A stretch of 54,970 bases of DNA from an uncultured Bacilli bacterium (GCA_947626695.1 CANQTE010000003.1:1-54970); one strand, 5' to 3'. Counted from the stretch's first letter, positions 1 through 10,303 are shown. A program made the numbers and translations. Notes: generated from the letters alone by a model not told the origin.

Positions 1-85
1 TATATCATGCATTAACATAATTATCTATAAAGGTTTATGGGTAACCTTTTAAAAACCTAAATATATTATACAAGGAGATAAAGTA

Positions 86-1492
86 ATGGATAAAAATGAA
101 GCAGAAGAATTAAAAAAGAGATTATTCAATCAAAAAGAAAATGGCTGGAAGGAAAAAACTGAACAAGAAAAACAAGCTATTTTTGATTATGCAAATGGCT
201 ATATAAATTATATGAATATGTCAAAAACAGAAAGAGAAATTATTGAAAATTCTGAACAGATTGCAAGAGATCATGGATTTAAATCAATATATGAATATGA
301 AAATTTAAATCCTGGAGACAAAGTTTATTATAATAATCGTGGAAAAAGTATGTATTTAGCAGTAATAGGAAGTCAAAATATTGAAGAAGGAATAAACATT
401 GTTGGAGCACATGCAGATTCTCCAAGACTAGATTTAAAACCAAATCCATTATATGAAGATAGTGGATTTGCATACTTAAAAACACATTACTATGGAGGGA
501 TAAAAAAATATCAATGGACTGCAATTCCACTTAGCATTCATGGTGTTATTGTAAAAACAAATGGTGAAAAAATAAATGTAAAAATAGGAGAAGATGAGCA
601 AGACCCAATATTTACAATTACAGATTTATTGCCACACTTAGCACAGGAACAAATGAAAAAGAAGTTAGCAGAAGCAATTGATGGAGAAGACTTAAATCTA
701 TTAATAGGAAGTATTCCATTTGATGCAGATGTATCAGAAAAAGTAAAATTAAATATTTTAAATATTTTAAACTTAAAATATGGAATTACAGAAAAAGATT
801 TATTAAGTTCTGAACTAGAATTAGTACCAGCAATGCCATGCAGAAGTATGGGATTTGATAGTAGTATGGTAGCAGGTTATGGGCAAGATGATAAAATATG
901 CGTATATACATCTCTAACAGCACTTATGAACATCCAAAATCCAAACAAGACAGCAGTTTGCATTATATCAGATAAAGAAGAAATAGGAAGTATGGGAAAT
1001 ACAGGAATGGAATCACATGTATTTGATACTTTTATTTCAGAAATATTAAATAAATTAGGTGTAAATAGACCTAACTTATTAGATAAAGTATTTTGCAATT
1101 CTAAAATGTTATCTGCAGATGTAGATGCTGGTTTAGACCCAATTTATGCTAGTGTATCAGAAAAAAACAATAGCTCATATTTAGGAAGAGGAATTGGACT
1201 TAATAAATATACAGGAGCAAGAGGCAAAACTGGAGCATCAGATGCAAATGCAGAATTTGTTGCAGAAGTAAGAAGAATATTTGAAGAAAATAATGTTAGA
1301 TATCAAATTGCAGAGCTTGGAAAAGTAGATGTAGGCGGCGGAGGAACTATTGCATATATTTTAGCAAATAAAGGAATTGATGTAATAGACTGTGGTGTAC
1401 CTGTACTTTCAATGCATTCACCTTATGAAGTAACCAGTAAATTTGATCTATTCGAAGCATATAGAGCATATGAAGCATTTTGGAAAAATTAA
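86..1492 (+). CDS. M18 family aminopeptidase (aminopeptidase I/ApeA-like)
   Basis: 468 aa with GAHADSPRLDLKP, THYYGGIKKYQW, GQDDKIC, DKEEIGS and SMHSPYE motifs; AAGGAG RBS. Confidence 0.93.
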   Translation: MDKNEAEELKKRLFNQKENGWKEKTEQEKQAIFDYANGYINYMNMSKTEREIIENSEQIARDHGFKSIYEYENLNPGDKVYYNNRGKSMYLAVIGSQNIEEGINIVGAHADSPRLDLKPNPLYEDSGFAYLKTHYYGGIKKYQWTAIPLSIHGVIVKTNGEKINVKIGEDEQDPIFTITDLLPHLAQEQMKKKLAEAIDGEDLNLLIGSIPFDADVSEKVKLNILNILNLKYGITEKDLLSSELELVPAMPCRSMGFDSSMVAGYGQDDKICVYTSLTALMNIQNPNKTAVCIISDKEEIGSMGNTGMESHVFDTFISEILNKLGVNRPNLLDKVFCNSKMLSADVDAGLDPIYASVSEKNNSSYLGRGIGLNKYTGARGKTGASDANAEFVAEVRRIFEENNVRYQIAELGKVDVGGGGTIAYILANKGIDVIDCGVPVLSMHSPYEVTSKFDLFEAYRAYEAFWKN

Positions 1493-1496
1493 ATAT

Positions 1497-1529
1497 AAAA
1501 AAACGACCCATTTTAAGGTCGTTTTTTTG
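1497..1529. terminator. Bidirectional intrinsic terminator
   Basis: AAAAAAACGACC-CATTTTAA-GGTCGTTTTTTT hairpin between convergent genes. Confidence 0.8.
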
Positions 1530-1534
1530 AGGTT

Positions 1535-1678
1535 CTATTTTGCACTGTGAGTTTGCCAAACGGTGCACTTCCTTTCAAGACCATCACAATCTTTGGGTTT
1601 CGGACAAATGCGACTACCTTTTAAAGCACACATAGTTTTTTGGCTTGTTTGTTTCGTTTTTTGATCTTGGTCTTTCAT
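1535..1678 (-). CDS. Small 47-aa Cys-rich protein (not in ORF track)
   Basis: GGAGGAG RBS then MKDQDQKTKQTSQKTMCALKGSRICPKPKDCDGLERKCTVWQTHSAK*; ends at the shared terminator. Confidence 0.55.
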   Translation of the reverse strand: MKDQDQKTKQTSQKTMCALKGSRICPKPKDCDGLERKCTVWQTHSAK

Positions 1679-1967
1679 GAAAGCTCCTCCTTATATAAGT
1701 CATACAAATATTATATGCATGGAAAATTAAAATAGAACTAAAAAAATATTATAAAATAATTTATGTTATTGATATTGAAGTTACAAAAGAAACGCTAAAG
1801 AATAACTCAAATAGAGTTTGTTTTGAAAATAATTATTGATAAAATTGAAAAAGTAAATATTTTAATAATAGATTATAAAAAATAGCGATATACAAATTTG
1901 TATATCACTATTTTTGGTGATCCGAAACTTTTTAAATACAAAATGAATTTTCTTTATATATAAAAAT

Positions 1968-3473
1968 TTAATTACTAATATGATGTGTTACCATTGGAGT
2001 GTCTTTAGTTATAGGTTTAAAAACATATCCATTTTCCAAACCATAATCTATTATATCAGACAAAGCATTTAATGTTTTTGTATTACCTCCAAAATCATGC
2101 ATTAACACCACATTAGAGCGACTTTTACTTAAATTATTAACTACATTGTTATATACTTGTGTTGAAGTTTTTGCTCCGCCAGCATCACCAGAACTAACAT
2201 TCCAATCATAATATCTAAATCCAGCATCAACAACTGATTTACTTAGCCTTGACATAATGCCTTTGTTATAATTCTTGCTAACAGTATTAGAACTTCCGCC
2301 AGGAAATCTTATAATTGTTGGACTATACCCTATAGTTGCTTCAATTTTCTTTTGAAGTTTAGTTACATTATTCATAAAAGCCTCATCAGATTTATAAATT
2401 TCACTATACACATGTGAATAACCATGAATTCCTATAGAATGACCCTCATTGTATTCTCTTTTTATAAGGTATTCTAATGATGAATTATAATTTAGTACAA
2501 AAAAGGTTGCTTTAACATTTTTCTCTTTTAATATATCTAGAATTTTTGGTGTTATATCACTTGAAGGACCATCATCAAATGTCAAATAAATTACACCTGT
2601 ACCACTACTAGAAGAATTACTACTTTTTTTATATACAATAACTTTTCTAGTTGCTTCAGATTTATTTCCGGACTTGTCACTAACCGTATATTTAATTTTA
2701 TATTCTCCTGCTTTAGAAGTATTTACTTTACCAGATATTTCAATTTTATCAGATAAATCTCCATCTTTTTCATCAATTGCTGTTGCACCTTTTTCCGTGT
2801 ATGTACTATTTACAAGAATTCTCATAGTAGCACTACCATTTAGGCTAATAACTGGAGCAATATCATCTACAACAAGAACTTTTCTTCTTTCAACAGCCGT
2901 ATTTCCAGAACTATCTTCTACAGAATATATAATATCATATTCTGTATCAGTTATTTCTTCTTTGCTTATCTTAACTTTTTCTGTTAAATTTTCAGAACTA
3001 TTATCTTCCACGGTAAAACCTGGTTCATCATATTTAGAAGAATAAGATAAATGGTAAACCTTATCACCCTTTAGAGTTATTGTAGGTTTGATTGAATCTA
3101 CAACATTTATAGTTTGCTCAACATTATATTCACCAACAATAGTTGGAACTTCATACTCTATTTTATATGTTCCGACTTTATTATAATTAACAGTTCCATT
3201 TACTTTAACAGAAGATGTTACATCTTTCATATGGTAGGTAGTATGTGGTACTTTGATTTCAGAGTATTGATTTATTTGTAGATTTACCTCTGGGCTAACA
3301 ATATATACATGAGGTTTTTCAAATAAATATGTACCAGAAATACTTACAGAAAAGATTATAAAAAGTGTGAATAAAATTAATTTTAATTTATGATTTTTTT
3401 TGACTTTAAATATTATTGTAACAAAAAGTGCTACTAATAAAAAGACCATTAATTCAACAAGATATATGTTCAT
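1968..3473 (-). CDS. Membrane-anchored polysaccharide/peptidoglycan deacetylase with Ig-like (DUF5011-type) repeats
   Basis: N-terminal TM segments, repeated PxIxLxG...G.YxIxYxVxDxSGN modules, NodB motifs YLTFDDGP, HGYSH, RFPGG, VLMHD. Confidence 0.9.
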   Translation of the reverse strand: MNIYLVELMVFLLVALFVTIIFKVKKNHKLKLILFTLFIIFSVSISGTYLFEKPHVYIVSPEVNLQINQYSEIKVPHTTYHMKDVTSSVKVNGTVNYNKVGTYKIEYEVPTIVGEYNVEQTINVVDSIKPTITLKGDKVYHLSYSSKYDEPGFTVEDNSSENLTEKVKISKEEITDTEYDIIYSVEDSSGNTAVERRKVLVVDDIAPVISLNGSATMRILVNSTYTEKGATAIDEKDGDLSDKIEISGKVNTSKAGEYKIKYTVSDKSGNKSEATRKVIVYKKSSNSSSSGTGVIYLTFDDGPSSDITPKILDILKEKNVKATFFVLNYNSSLEYLIKREYNEGHSIGIHGYSHVYSEIYKSDEAFMNNVTKLQKKIEATIGYSPTIIRFPGGSSNTVSKNYNKGIMSRLSKSVVDAGFRYYDWNVSSGDAGGAKTSTQVYNNVVNNLSKSRSNVVLMHDFGGNTKTLNALSDIIDYGLENGYVFKPITKDTPMVTHHISN

Positions 3474-3673
3474 TTTTTAATCCCTCTTTTACTTCATTTA
3501 ATCTACATTTATTACTATATTTATCTAAAATTATATGCTTTTAATCATTCTTATTATTTTTTTAATATAGATTCTTGATATTTCATAATTTCCAATACTT
3601 CTCTATATGCTTTTGAAATAAGAAGTTTATTAATCATTTCTTTCTTCCTTTCTTTGTGCATCTAATAATTTAC

Positions 3674-3956
3674 TCATTTAACTACATTACCTAAAGATGC
3701 CATAAAATAAGTATAATCACTATAACTATATTTTGAACTCATCATTCGTGCTTTCATATCTTCCTCACGAGCTTGAGTTAGTCCTTCCTTTTTTACTCTA
3801 TATAACCTATCCATTATTTTTTGTTTTATTGCATTACGTTCTTGATTGCTATCATAGATATCCAAGTCAAGAGTTGAAGATAATATATCAAGTTGCATAC
3901 TTCCTCTTGCTTTTCCAACTGTTGTATCTGTTCTAAGCTCTTTTTTAATTTTTCAT
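3674..3956 (-). pseudogene. Short hypothetical gene, apparently frameshifted near its start
   Basis: ATG AAA AAT TAA after an RBS-like AGGT; removing one A joins it to the 74-aa ORF 3674-3898 (MKIKKELRTDTTVGKARGSMQL...). Confidence 0.3.
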
Positions 3957-4095
3957 AAAATTTTCTACCTCACTTTATTTAATATCATAACATAGACAAC
4001 TTAAGATGTCCATATATGGTAATTAAGTTGCGGAAATTTCTACCGTATGATATAATTTGAAAAAATAAACTATATAAGTAAAATGAGGTATTTAT

Positions 4096-4863
4096 ATGGA
4101 TAATAAAGATATTAATATTGAGAAAGAAAATAATACAACAAAATTAAAAAAAATAAAAATACTAATAATACTAATAATTTTAATTATTTTCTTTCTTTTG
4201 TATGGAATAACGACAAACACTTCAGCTGCCTTATCATTAGAAGAACAAATATCCTCATATTTAAAAGAAAAATATCCTGATTCTGATTTTGAAATTGAGC
4301 AATTTACTAGTATGCAAGCAAGAAATTCTGGAATTGGATGCGATGGTTCATATCTTATAGAACCAAAAAATATCGACGGAATGTATCTTTATTATTATGA
4401 TATGTTATCAAAATTAGATGATGTAAAATTTAATATATATCTAGTAGATGATAATGGAAAAGTTGAGATTAAAGATTCTTATGATACATGTAGAAAAATA
4501 AAAGAATGTGCTGAAAAAATTCAAGATTATATAATATTAGAAATTGGAGACGAAAATTCTAAAAAATCATCGTCTTATTTTCAAACAACCAACTTATACT
4601 ATTATTGCGGAATAAATGTCTACATAGATGAAAACTTTAAAGATATATTAAGTGAAGATTTTATTAACAAATTACATTCAATTAATACTTACACAAATAA
4701 TATTACAGGTTATGATGGCAATGTAGAATACCATATTTTTGTTTATGATAATACTGGAAATAGTGTTGCTGTCTCTCATTTTGCAATTCTAGGAGGATTT
4801 TATGTACATGGTAAAGATGGTGAGATTCTAGGAGAAATAAATGAATATTATTCGGGGAAATAA
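4096..4863 (+). CDS. Hypothetical membrane-anchored/secreted protein
   Basis: 255 aa with a single N-terminal hydrophobic helix; GAGG RBS. Confidence 0.7.
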   Translation: MDNKDINIEKENNTTKLKKIKILIILIILIIFFLLYGITTNTSAALSLEEQISSYLKEKYPDSDFEIEQFTSMQARNSGIGCDGSYLIEPKNIDGMYLYYYDMLSKLDDVKFNIYLVDDNGKVEIKDSYDTCRKIKECAEKIQDYIILEIGDENSKKSSSYFQTTNLYYYCGINVYIDENFKDILSEDFINKLHSINTYTNNITGYDGNVEYHIFVYDNTGNSVAVSHFAILGGFYVHGKDGEILGEINEYYSGK

Positions 4864-4877
4864 ATAATAAATATAAA

Positions 4878-5543
4878 ATGATAAATTTTTACTTTTTTAA
4901 TTTTTCATCATATATGTTAGTTATGTTGCTTGCTTTTGTAATTAGTTTTATTATATTTTATAGTATGGCAAAAAATAAATATAATAAAATAGATATAATA
5001 TATATTTTTCTAATTAATATATTGGGATTTGCTATTGGGGCAAAGATTTTTAGCTTATTTGATAAAAAACAAATGCTTACAATATTAAACTTTTTAAATA
5101 GCGGATATGCTTTTATTGGTGGACTAATAGGAAGCTTTATATCAATATATTTGTATTGTAAAAAATACAAAATAGCTTATACTACAATACAGTCATATTT
5201 TACAATAATTTATCCATTAATATATTGTATTGGTAAAATAGCTTGCTATATTAATGGGTGTTGTAATGGAATTATATATAATTTTCCATTACAAATAATA
5301 GAAGCAATATTTATGCTTTTGCTTTTTATATTTTTATTTAAATATTTTAGAGACAAAAATAAATACACAATTATAATGTTTTTAATTATTTTTGGAATTA
5401 CAAGATTTATTATTGATTTTTTTAGAGCTTCACGCAACATATTTTTTATAAACTTAACATTAAGTCAATTAGTTTGTTTAGTAGCAGTTATTATTGGAAT
5501 AGTATATAATAATATAGAAAAACATTACCAGATAAGAAACTGA
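4878..5543 (+). CDS. Prolipoprotein diacylglyceryl transferase (Lgt)-like membrane protein
   Basis: Multi-TM; GAKIF, GYAFIGGLIG, IGKIACYINGCCNG, PLQIIEA and RFIIDFFR resemble Lgt motifs. Confidence 0.75.
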   Translation: MINFYFFNFSSYMLVMLLAFVISFIIFYSMAKNKYNKIDIIYIFLINILGFAIGAKIFSLFDKKQMLTILNFLNSGYAFIGGLIGSFISIYLYCKKYKIAYTTIQSYFTIIYPLIYCIGKIACYINGCCNGIIYNFPLQIIEAIFMLLLFIFLFKYFRDKNKYTIIMFLIIFGITRFIIDFFRASRNIFFINLTLSQLVCLVAVIIGIVYNNIEKHYQIRN

Positions 5544-5583
5544 TAATGTTTTCTTTTTATTATACAGGTTCGTATAAGATTGC

Positions 5584-5598
5584 TTTGGTGAGCCAGAA
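5584..5598. repeat. Prophage att core (left copy)
   Basis: 15-bp direct repeat with 45990-46004; reverse complement is the tRNA 3' end TTCTGGCTCACCA. Confidence 0.85.
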
Positions 5599-5659
5599 CA
5601 AAAGTTAATCCACCGAATATGCTATCATTACCGTATTTTAATTATATTCTATATTTAAA

Positions 5660-5683
5660 AGTAATGCAATAGTAATGCAATAG
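5660..5683. repeat. Putative integrase arm-type sites (AGTAATGCAAT x2)
   Basis: Tandem repeat also present at 45846-45870, inside the other prophage end. Confidence 0.7.
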
Positions 5684-5686
5684 AAT

Positions 5687-6856
5687 TTAATTGATTTTTT
5701 TTAGTTCCTCTTTCATAAAATCATTAGAAACAGATGTGTAAGTATTGTAAGTAATAGAACTACCATCAACATGTCCGACCAAAGTTTGCAATACTTTAAA
5801 ATTCATTCCTTTTTCTACGCATCTTGTAACAAATGTATGTCTTAATCTATGAGAATGGATGGAACTGTTAGTAATATTATATTTTTTGTTGATTCTCTTT
5901 AAATATGAATTTATTTCGCTAGGTGTTATATAAGTATTTTTGTGACTATCCCAAAACAATAAGCCATTTATGTTAGAAGTTTTATAATTTAATATTTTCA
6001 ATATAAGCTGTTTTACATTACTATTCATAGGAAAAGTTCTTTTTCCACTATCAATACCCATAAATTTTTTATAAGTTTTTGTATGTTCACCCATTATAAT
6101 TTTATAGTTTTTATCTTGAGTAAGAGTCCTATAAACAGTAAGAGTATTATTTTTTAAGTCAATACAATCATTACTTAATGCTAATACTTCACCAATTCTC
6201 ATACCTGTATAAAGCTGCAATAATATTATATCTCTATATTTATGATCATATTCTTGCTTGTTTAATACATTTATTAATTTACATTCTTCATCAACTGACA
6301 ATGCTTCAATTTTCTTTTCTGGTACTTCTGATACAGGTTTAGATAATGTTTCATCTAACATTATATTGTATGGTATCTTACGCCTTGAATATGCAATTTG
6401 AAATGTTTTATTTATACAAATCCATATTTTTGATATTACATTATTAGAATATTTACGCAGATTTTCCTTACTATCTTCAATATCTTCAATTGTAATTTTT
6501 TGAATAGGTTTATTTATAAAGTTAGTACAAGTTTTTTCTATTTGTTTAATTGTTTCTAGCTCTCTGCCATAGGACCTATCGGAAGTAATCCCATCTTTAT
6601 GTTTTTGCTCAACATGTTTTTTTAATATATTTATAAAGCATTCATTACTTTTTTCAACATAAGTTCCTTGATTTATAGAACTAAGAATATTTCTAAATCT
6701 ATCTTTAAAATTTCCTATTTTTTCATTTTTCCTTTGATAAACAGAATGCCTTTTTCCATTTATAACATATTGACCAACATATAAGCCAGTTTTACTAGAT
6801 TTATAAATAGTTCCTTCTCCATTACCTTTTTCTTTATTTTTTTGATTTCTTTCCAT
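5687..6856 (-). CDS. int: Tyrosine integrase
   Basis: YTGMRIGEVLAL, HRLRHTF, LVGH and YTSV catalytic motifs; next to att; start set at the ATG after GGAGG. Confidence 0.95.
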   Translation of the reverse strand: MERNQKNKEKGNGEGTIYKSSKTGLYVGQYVINGKRHSVYQRKNEKIGNFKDRFRNILSSINQGTYVEKSNECFINILKKHVEQKHKDGITSDRSYGRELETIKQIEKTCTNFINKPIQKITIEDIEDSKENLRKYSNNVISKIWICINKTFQIAYSRRKIPYNIMLDETLSKPVSEVPEKKIEALSVDEECKLINVLNKQEYDHKYRDIILLQLYTGMRIGEVLALSNDCIDLKNNTLTVYRTLTQDKNYKIIMGEHTKTYKKFMGIDSGKRTFPMNSNVKQLILKILNYKTSNINGLLFWDSHKNTYITPSEINSYLKRINKKYNITNSSIHSHRLRHTFVTRCVEKGMNFKVLQTLVGHVDGSSITYNTYTSVSNDFMKEELKKIN

Positions 6857-6888
6857 AAAAAAATACCTCCTAAACAAGTTTTTGCTGC

Positions 6889-7001
6889 TTGAAAAAGGTA
6901 TTTTATTTTGGTATAATAAAAATACCTTACAAGCGATTTTCGTTTGTATTCGAGATAGATAATGTATGAAGTTTGGCGACAGAGTACATTATCTATTTTT
7001 T
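6889..7001 (+). ncRNA. Putative small RNA antisense to the integrase leader, with promoter
   Basis: TTGAAA-17-TATAAT (6889-6917), then hairpin ATAGATAATGTA...TACATTATCTAT followed by a T-tract. Confidence 0.45.
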
Positions 7002-7004
7002 ATA

Positions 7005-7121
7005 TAAAAAATGAGAGAGTTCGCAATGAACTCTCCAAAATCTTCTTATGACCGCCATATTATTTACATAATATGAGGCTAAATCTAATTAGATTATACT
7101 ATATAATATGTTCATTGTCAA
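7005..7121 (-). ncRNA. Putative ~80-nt sRNA with consensus promoter, downstream of PemK-like gene
   Basis: TTGACA-17-TATAAT on the minus strand (7121-7093), internal hairpin, terminator GAGAGTTC-loop-GAACTCTC plus T-run; no ORF. Confidence 0.6.
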
Positions 7122-7145
7122 ATAAAATATTCAATTTTTTAAAAT

Positions 7146-7889
7146 TTATTTTGTAAATAATTTCTTTATCTTTTCATCTATCGAGTCTAAGCTTTCATCA
7201 GATAAATGAATACCTGATAATATTGGAGTTTTAAAAATTCGTTGTTTACTAATAGTTGTTATTTGATGAATATAAGCAATGCTACCATGTTTCATTCTTG
7301 TAATTTCTTTTTTTATCTTTTGCAAGTAATCTAATTGTTTTAACAATATTTTTACTTTTAATGGATTAGTGTCTAAATTTTTAAGTTCATCTAATTTCTT
7401 TTGGAAATTTTTGCTTTCGTTTTCATATTTGTTCATTAAAAGTAAAAATAGTTCATCACCAAGATTTATACAAGTGGTTTCGTTATATATTTTTTCTTCT
7501 TTAGCAGAAGACAAAGGAATAATATTTAATGCTCCAGAGTATGGGTTATCATTTTTGTTTATTACTACACAATAATGTAATCCTCCTAGTTCTGTACCAA
7601 CATTAAAACCAAGATTAACTTTAACAATATCTCCACGTTTAAAAGTTTTTAAAGTAGTTGTGTCAAAAAGATTTTCATCATCATGATAATCCGAAAAATC
7701 TTTAATCCAATAAGCTAATAAATGACTTTTTTTATATTCTTTTAATTCAATATGCTTATTAAAAGAAGCATCTAATCTTTTTAAAGCACTATTTTTATGT
7801 GCAATAGCTTCGCTTTTTTCTTCTCCTATTATTGTTTGACCGTCAATTGGTTTATTTTCTTGTGTATTGTTTAGTTCATCTTGTTCCAT
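7146..7889 (-). CDS. PemK/MazF-family endoribonuclease-like protein
   Basis: KRGDIVKVNLGFNVGTELGGLHYCVVI...IIPLSS and QITTISKQRI motifs. Confidence 0.8.
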   Translation of the reverse strand: MEQDELNNTQENKPIDGQTIIGEEKSEAIAHKNSALKRLDASFNKHIELKEYKKSHLLAYWIKDFSDYHDDENLFDTTTLKTFKRGDIVKVNLGFNVGTELGGLHYCVVINKNDNPYSGALNIIPLSSAKEEKIYNETTCINLGDELFLLLMNKYENESKNFQKKLDELKNLDTNPLKVKILLKQLDYLQKIKKEITRMKHGSIAYIHQITTISKQRIFKTPILSGIHLSDESLDSIDEKIKKLFTK

Positions 7890-7904
7890 ATTTATTTTCT
7901 CCTT

Positions 7905-8573
7905 CTAATTTACATCTGTAATAGCACAGATAACTTTCCCTATAATTTCTACTTTTGTTTTTTTAGGATTATATATTTGAACTTGATGCTCTGGGTTAGA
8001 AGACATAGGTTCTAATATAACTAAATCTCCTTCTTGCTTAAATCTTTTTACGGTTGCGTCATCTCCGTTTACCCTAATAACACCAATTTGACTATTTTCT
8101 AATTCTGGTTGCTTTTGTACTAATAATAAACAACCATCTGGAAATTTTAAATTCATACTATCTCCAATTACTCTAAGAAAAAAGTAATCATATCCAGCTT
8201 GTATTTTAGAAGAAGGTGCATACATATATCCTTCTATATTTTCTACTGCTAAAATAGGTAATCCAGCTCGTATTTTTCCTAATACAGGATATTTTTGAGG
8301 AACATCAACAGTAGGAAATGCATTACTATCTTGTCTTATTTCTCTTTCCATTGGTACATCATAACCCATAAGCCAAACTGGGTTAACGTTATAATAATTA
8401 GATAAAATTTCGATAACAGGAAATTTTATTTTTTCAGTTTCACCATTTTCCCATCTTAAAACAGTACTTTTATGGACATCAACTTTTTTTCCTGCTTCTT
8501 CTAATGTAATATGTCTTAATTCTCTGGCCTGTTTTAATCTAGCTCCTACTTTTTCAAATATAATTTTTTCCAT
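7905..8573 (-). CDS. CI-like repressor (XRE HTH plus S24 peptidase)
   Basis: N-terminal HTH, AG cleavage site (IRAGLP), GDSM and ATVKR catalytic motifs. Confidence 0.93.
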   Translation of the reverse strand: MEKIIFEKVGARLKQARELRHITLEEAGKKVDVHKSTVLRWENGETEKIKFPVIEILSNYYNVNPVWLMGYDVPMEREIRQDSNAFPTVDVPQKYPVLGKIRAGLPILAVENIEGYMYAPSSKIQAGYDYFFLRVIGDSMNLKFPDGCLLLVQKQPELENSQIGVIRVNGDDATVKRFKQEGDLVILEPMSSNPEHQVQIYNPKKTKVEIIGKVICAITDVN

Positions 8574-8610
8574 AACTAAAATCTCCTAACACTATTTATT
8601 ATAACATAAA

Positions 8611-8964
8611 TTACAACTTTTGCAACATTTTTTGTAAAAAATATAAAAAAAGTTGCAAAATGCTATTGACATATTTTTTAAATAGTGTATAATAATATCA
8701 AGTTGCAAAATACAACAAAAACAAAGGGAGGTGTTAATAGTGGTAAATACAGCCAAAATAAGAGGCAGAATAATAGAAAAAGGTAAAACGATACAATCAA
8801 TAGCACCTAAAATTCCTTGTTCTCCTTATATATTGGGAAGAAAAATAGCAAATGAAAATCCAATGAATTTATCTGAGGTAAAAGTATTGTGTGAAGAATT
8901 AGATATTGAAAAAAGTGAATTTGCAGAATTTTTTTTACAAGATTAGTTGCAAAATACAACAAAA
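8611..8964. promoter_or_regulatory. Immunity switch with repeated operators GTTGCAAAATACAAC
   Basis: Copies near 8703 and 8947, variants near 8611 and 8653; TTGACA-17-TATAAT promoter upstream of cro. Confidence 0.65.
8731..8946 (+). CDS. Cro-like HTH regulator
   Basis: Small HTH-like protein divergent from CI. Confidence 0.75.
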   Translation: MLIVVNTAKIRGRIIEKGKTIQSIAPKIPCSPYILGRKIANENPMNLSEVKVLCEELDIEKSEFAEFFLQD

Positions 8965-9093
8965 TAAAGAACAAGGAGGAAAATATGAAAATAGAGTGTA
9001 CAGTTGAAGAATTAAAAGAACTAATAAAAATAGTACCAGTTGATAAGGCAACTGATACTATAACTACGAATTTAAAATTAGGCGATGCAACTA

Positions 9094-9513
9094 TTAAGAA
9101 ATTGAGCCAGTTAAAGGTTCAACAGAACCAATAGAAACGCCAATAATTTTATCTACAAAAATTGAAACGAAAGGCATTTTTATTGTTTTACCACTGGCAA
9201 TGACTGTAACATCTTCTAATTCAATACTAATTGGATTTTCTACAACTTCCTCATTAACTTTGGCGTCTAAGCTTTTATCATACTTTTCTAAGATAGAAAG
9301 ATACATTTTATTGGCTAGAGTTAAAAAATCATCATCTTTTTCGATTTTAGTATCGTTAGTAGGATTTGGGTGTTTAAGCTTACCAAAATATAATCCATTA
9401 GAAGTATGAATAATTAATTTATCATTAGTGTTAGAGTCTTCGTTTTGTACATTAACAAGCTCATTATAAACAAGAATTTTATTATATTTTCTTGAAAAAA
9501 AATTTTTAGACAT
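9094..9513 (-). CDS. Hypothetical phage accessory protein
   Basis: ORF with GAGGTG RBS, opposite to the early operon. Confidence 0.65.
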   Translation of the reverse strand: MSKNFFSRKYNKILVYNELVNVQNEDSNTNDKLIIHTSNGLYFGKLKHPNPTNDTKIEKDDDFLTLANKMYLSILEKYDKSLDAKVNEEVVENPISIELEDVTVIASGKTIKMPFVSIFVDKIIGVSIGSVEPLTGSIS

Positions 9514-9638
9514 GTAATCACCACCTCTTGACAAAATTATAACACAGGTGGGAAAAATATACAATTTGAAAATTAAGAGTAGGAGAAAGTATGGGGGAAT
9601 TTATAAAAAATAATTGGGGTTATATTTTAGGAATTGCA

Positions 9639-9980
9639 TTAAGTCCTATTACTTGGAGAATCTTTGAAGCATTCAAGAGAACATTCAAAAGCACAATAAA
9701 TAAAAAAGATGCACCAAAAAACAGCAGTAACACTAATCACAGTTAAGTAATTGTTGCCTAAATTAAAGTGAAGAACAATTGAAAAAATAATTAAAATAAC
9801 AAAACTTATGTAGAATTGTTGCCTTAGAGATTTTTTTGAATATTTAAACAAAGATTTTTTGTTAACTTTATTTTTATTAGATTTTAGAACATTAAAAAAA
9901 TAAATACAAATTTTTCCTAAAATAAAACATATTGCATTTGCAACGATAGACTGAAACAACCAATTATTAAAGATTTCCAT
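9639..9980 (-). CDS. Hypothetical membrane protein (3 TM)
   Basis: Hydrophobic ORF from the ATG after GAGG. Confidence 0.55.
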   Translation of the reverse strand: MEIFNNWLFQSIVANAICFILGKICIYFFNVLKSNKNKVNKKSLFKYSKKSLRQQFYISFVILIIFSIVLHFNLGNNYLTVISVTAVFWCIFFIYCAFECSLECFKDSPSNRT

Positions 9981-10048
9981 ATGACTTTTACCTCGCTCTC
10001 GAGGTAGATTATACAAAATTTTAATAAATAAGTAAAGGAGGCGATACA

Positions 10049-10303
10049 ATGGAAAAATTATTAGAAGAGCAACAAAAGACAAATGAATTGTTACAACGAT
10101 TAGTAGATAAAGAAACAAGGGAAAATGAACTACTTACAATAGAGCAGGTGCATAAAGAGTTTGATATTGGAATTAACAAAGTAAGAAATATGTTTAATGA
10201 CCCAGAATTACCAGTACAAACTTACACAGTACCTTTTAAAGTAAAAAGAAAAGCTGTAGAAGATTATTTTAACACGAGACATGATTATTTATGTGAAAAG
10301 TAG
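10049..10303 (+). CDS. Excisionase-like DNA-binding protein
   Basis: LLTIEQVHKEFDIGINKV HTH-like motif; position after cro. Confidence 0.6.
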   Translation: MEKLLEEQQKTNELLQRLVDKETRENELLTIEQVHKEFDIGINKVRNMFNDPELPVQTYTVPFKVKRKAVEDYFNTRHDYLCEK

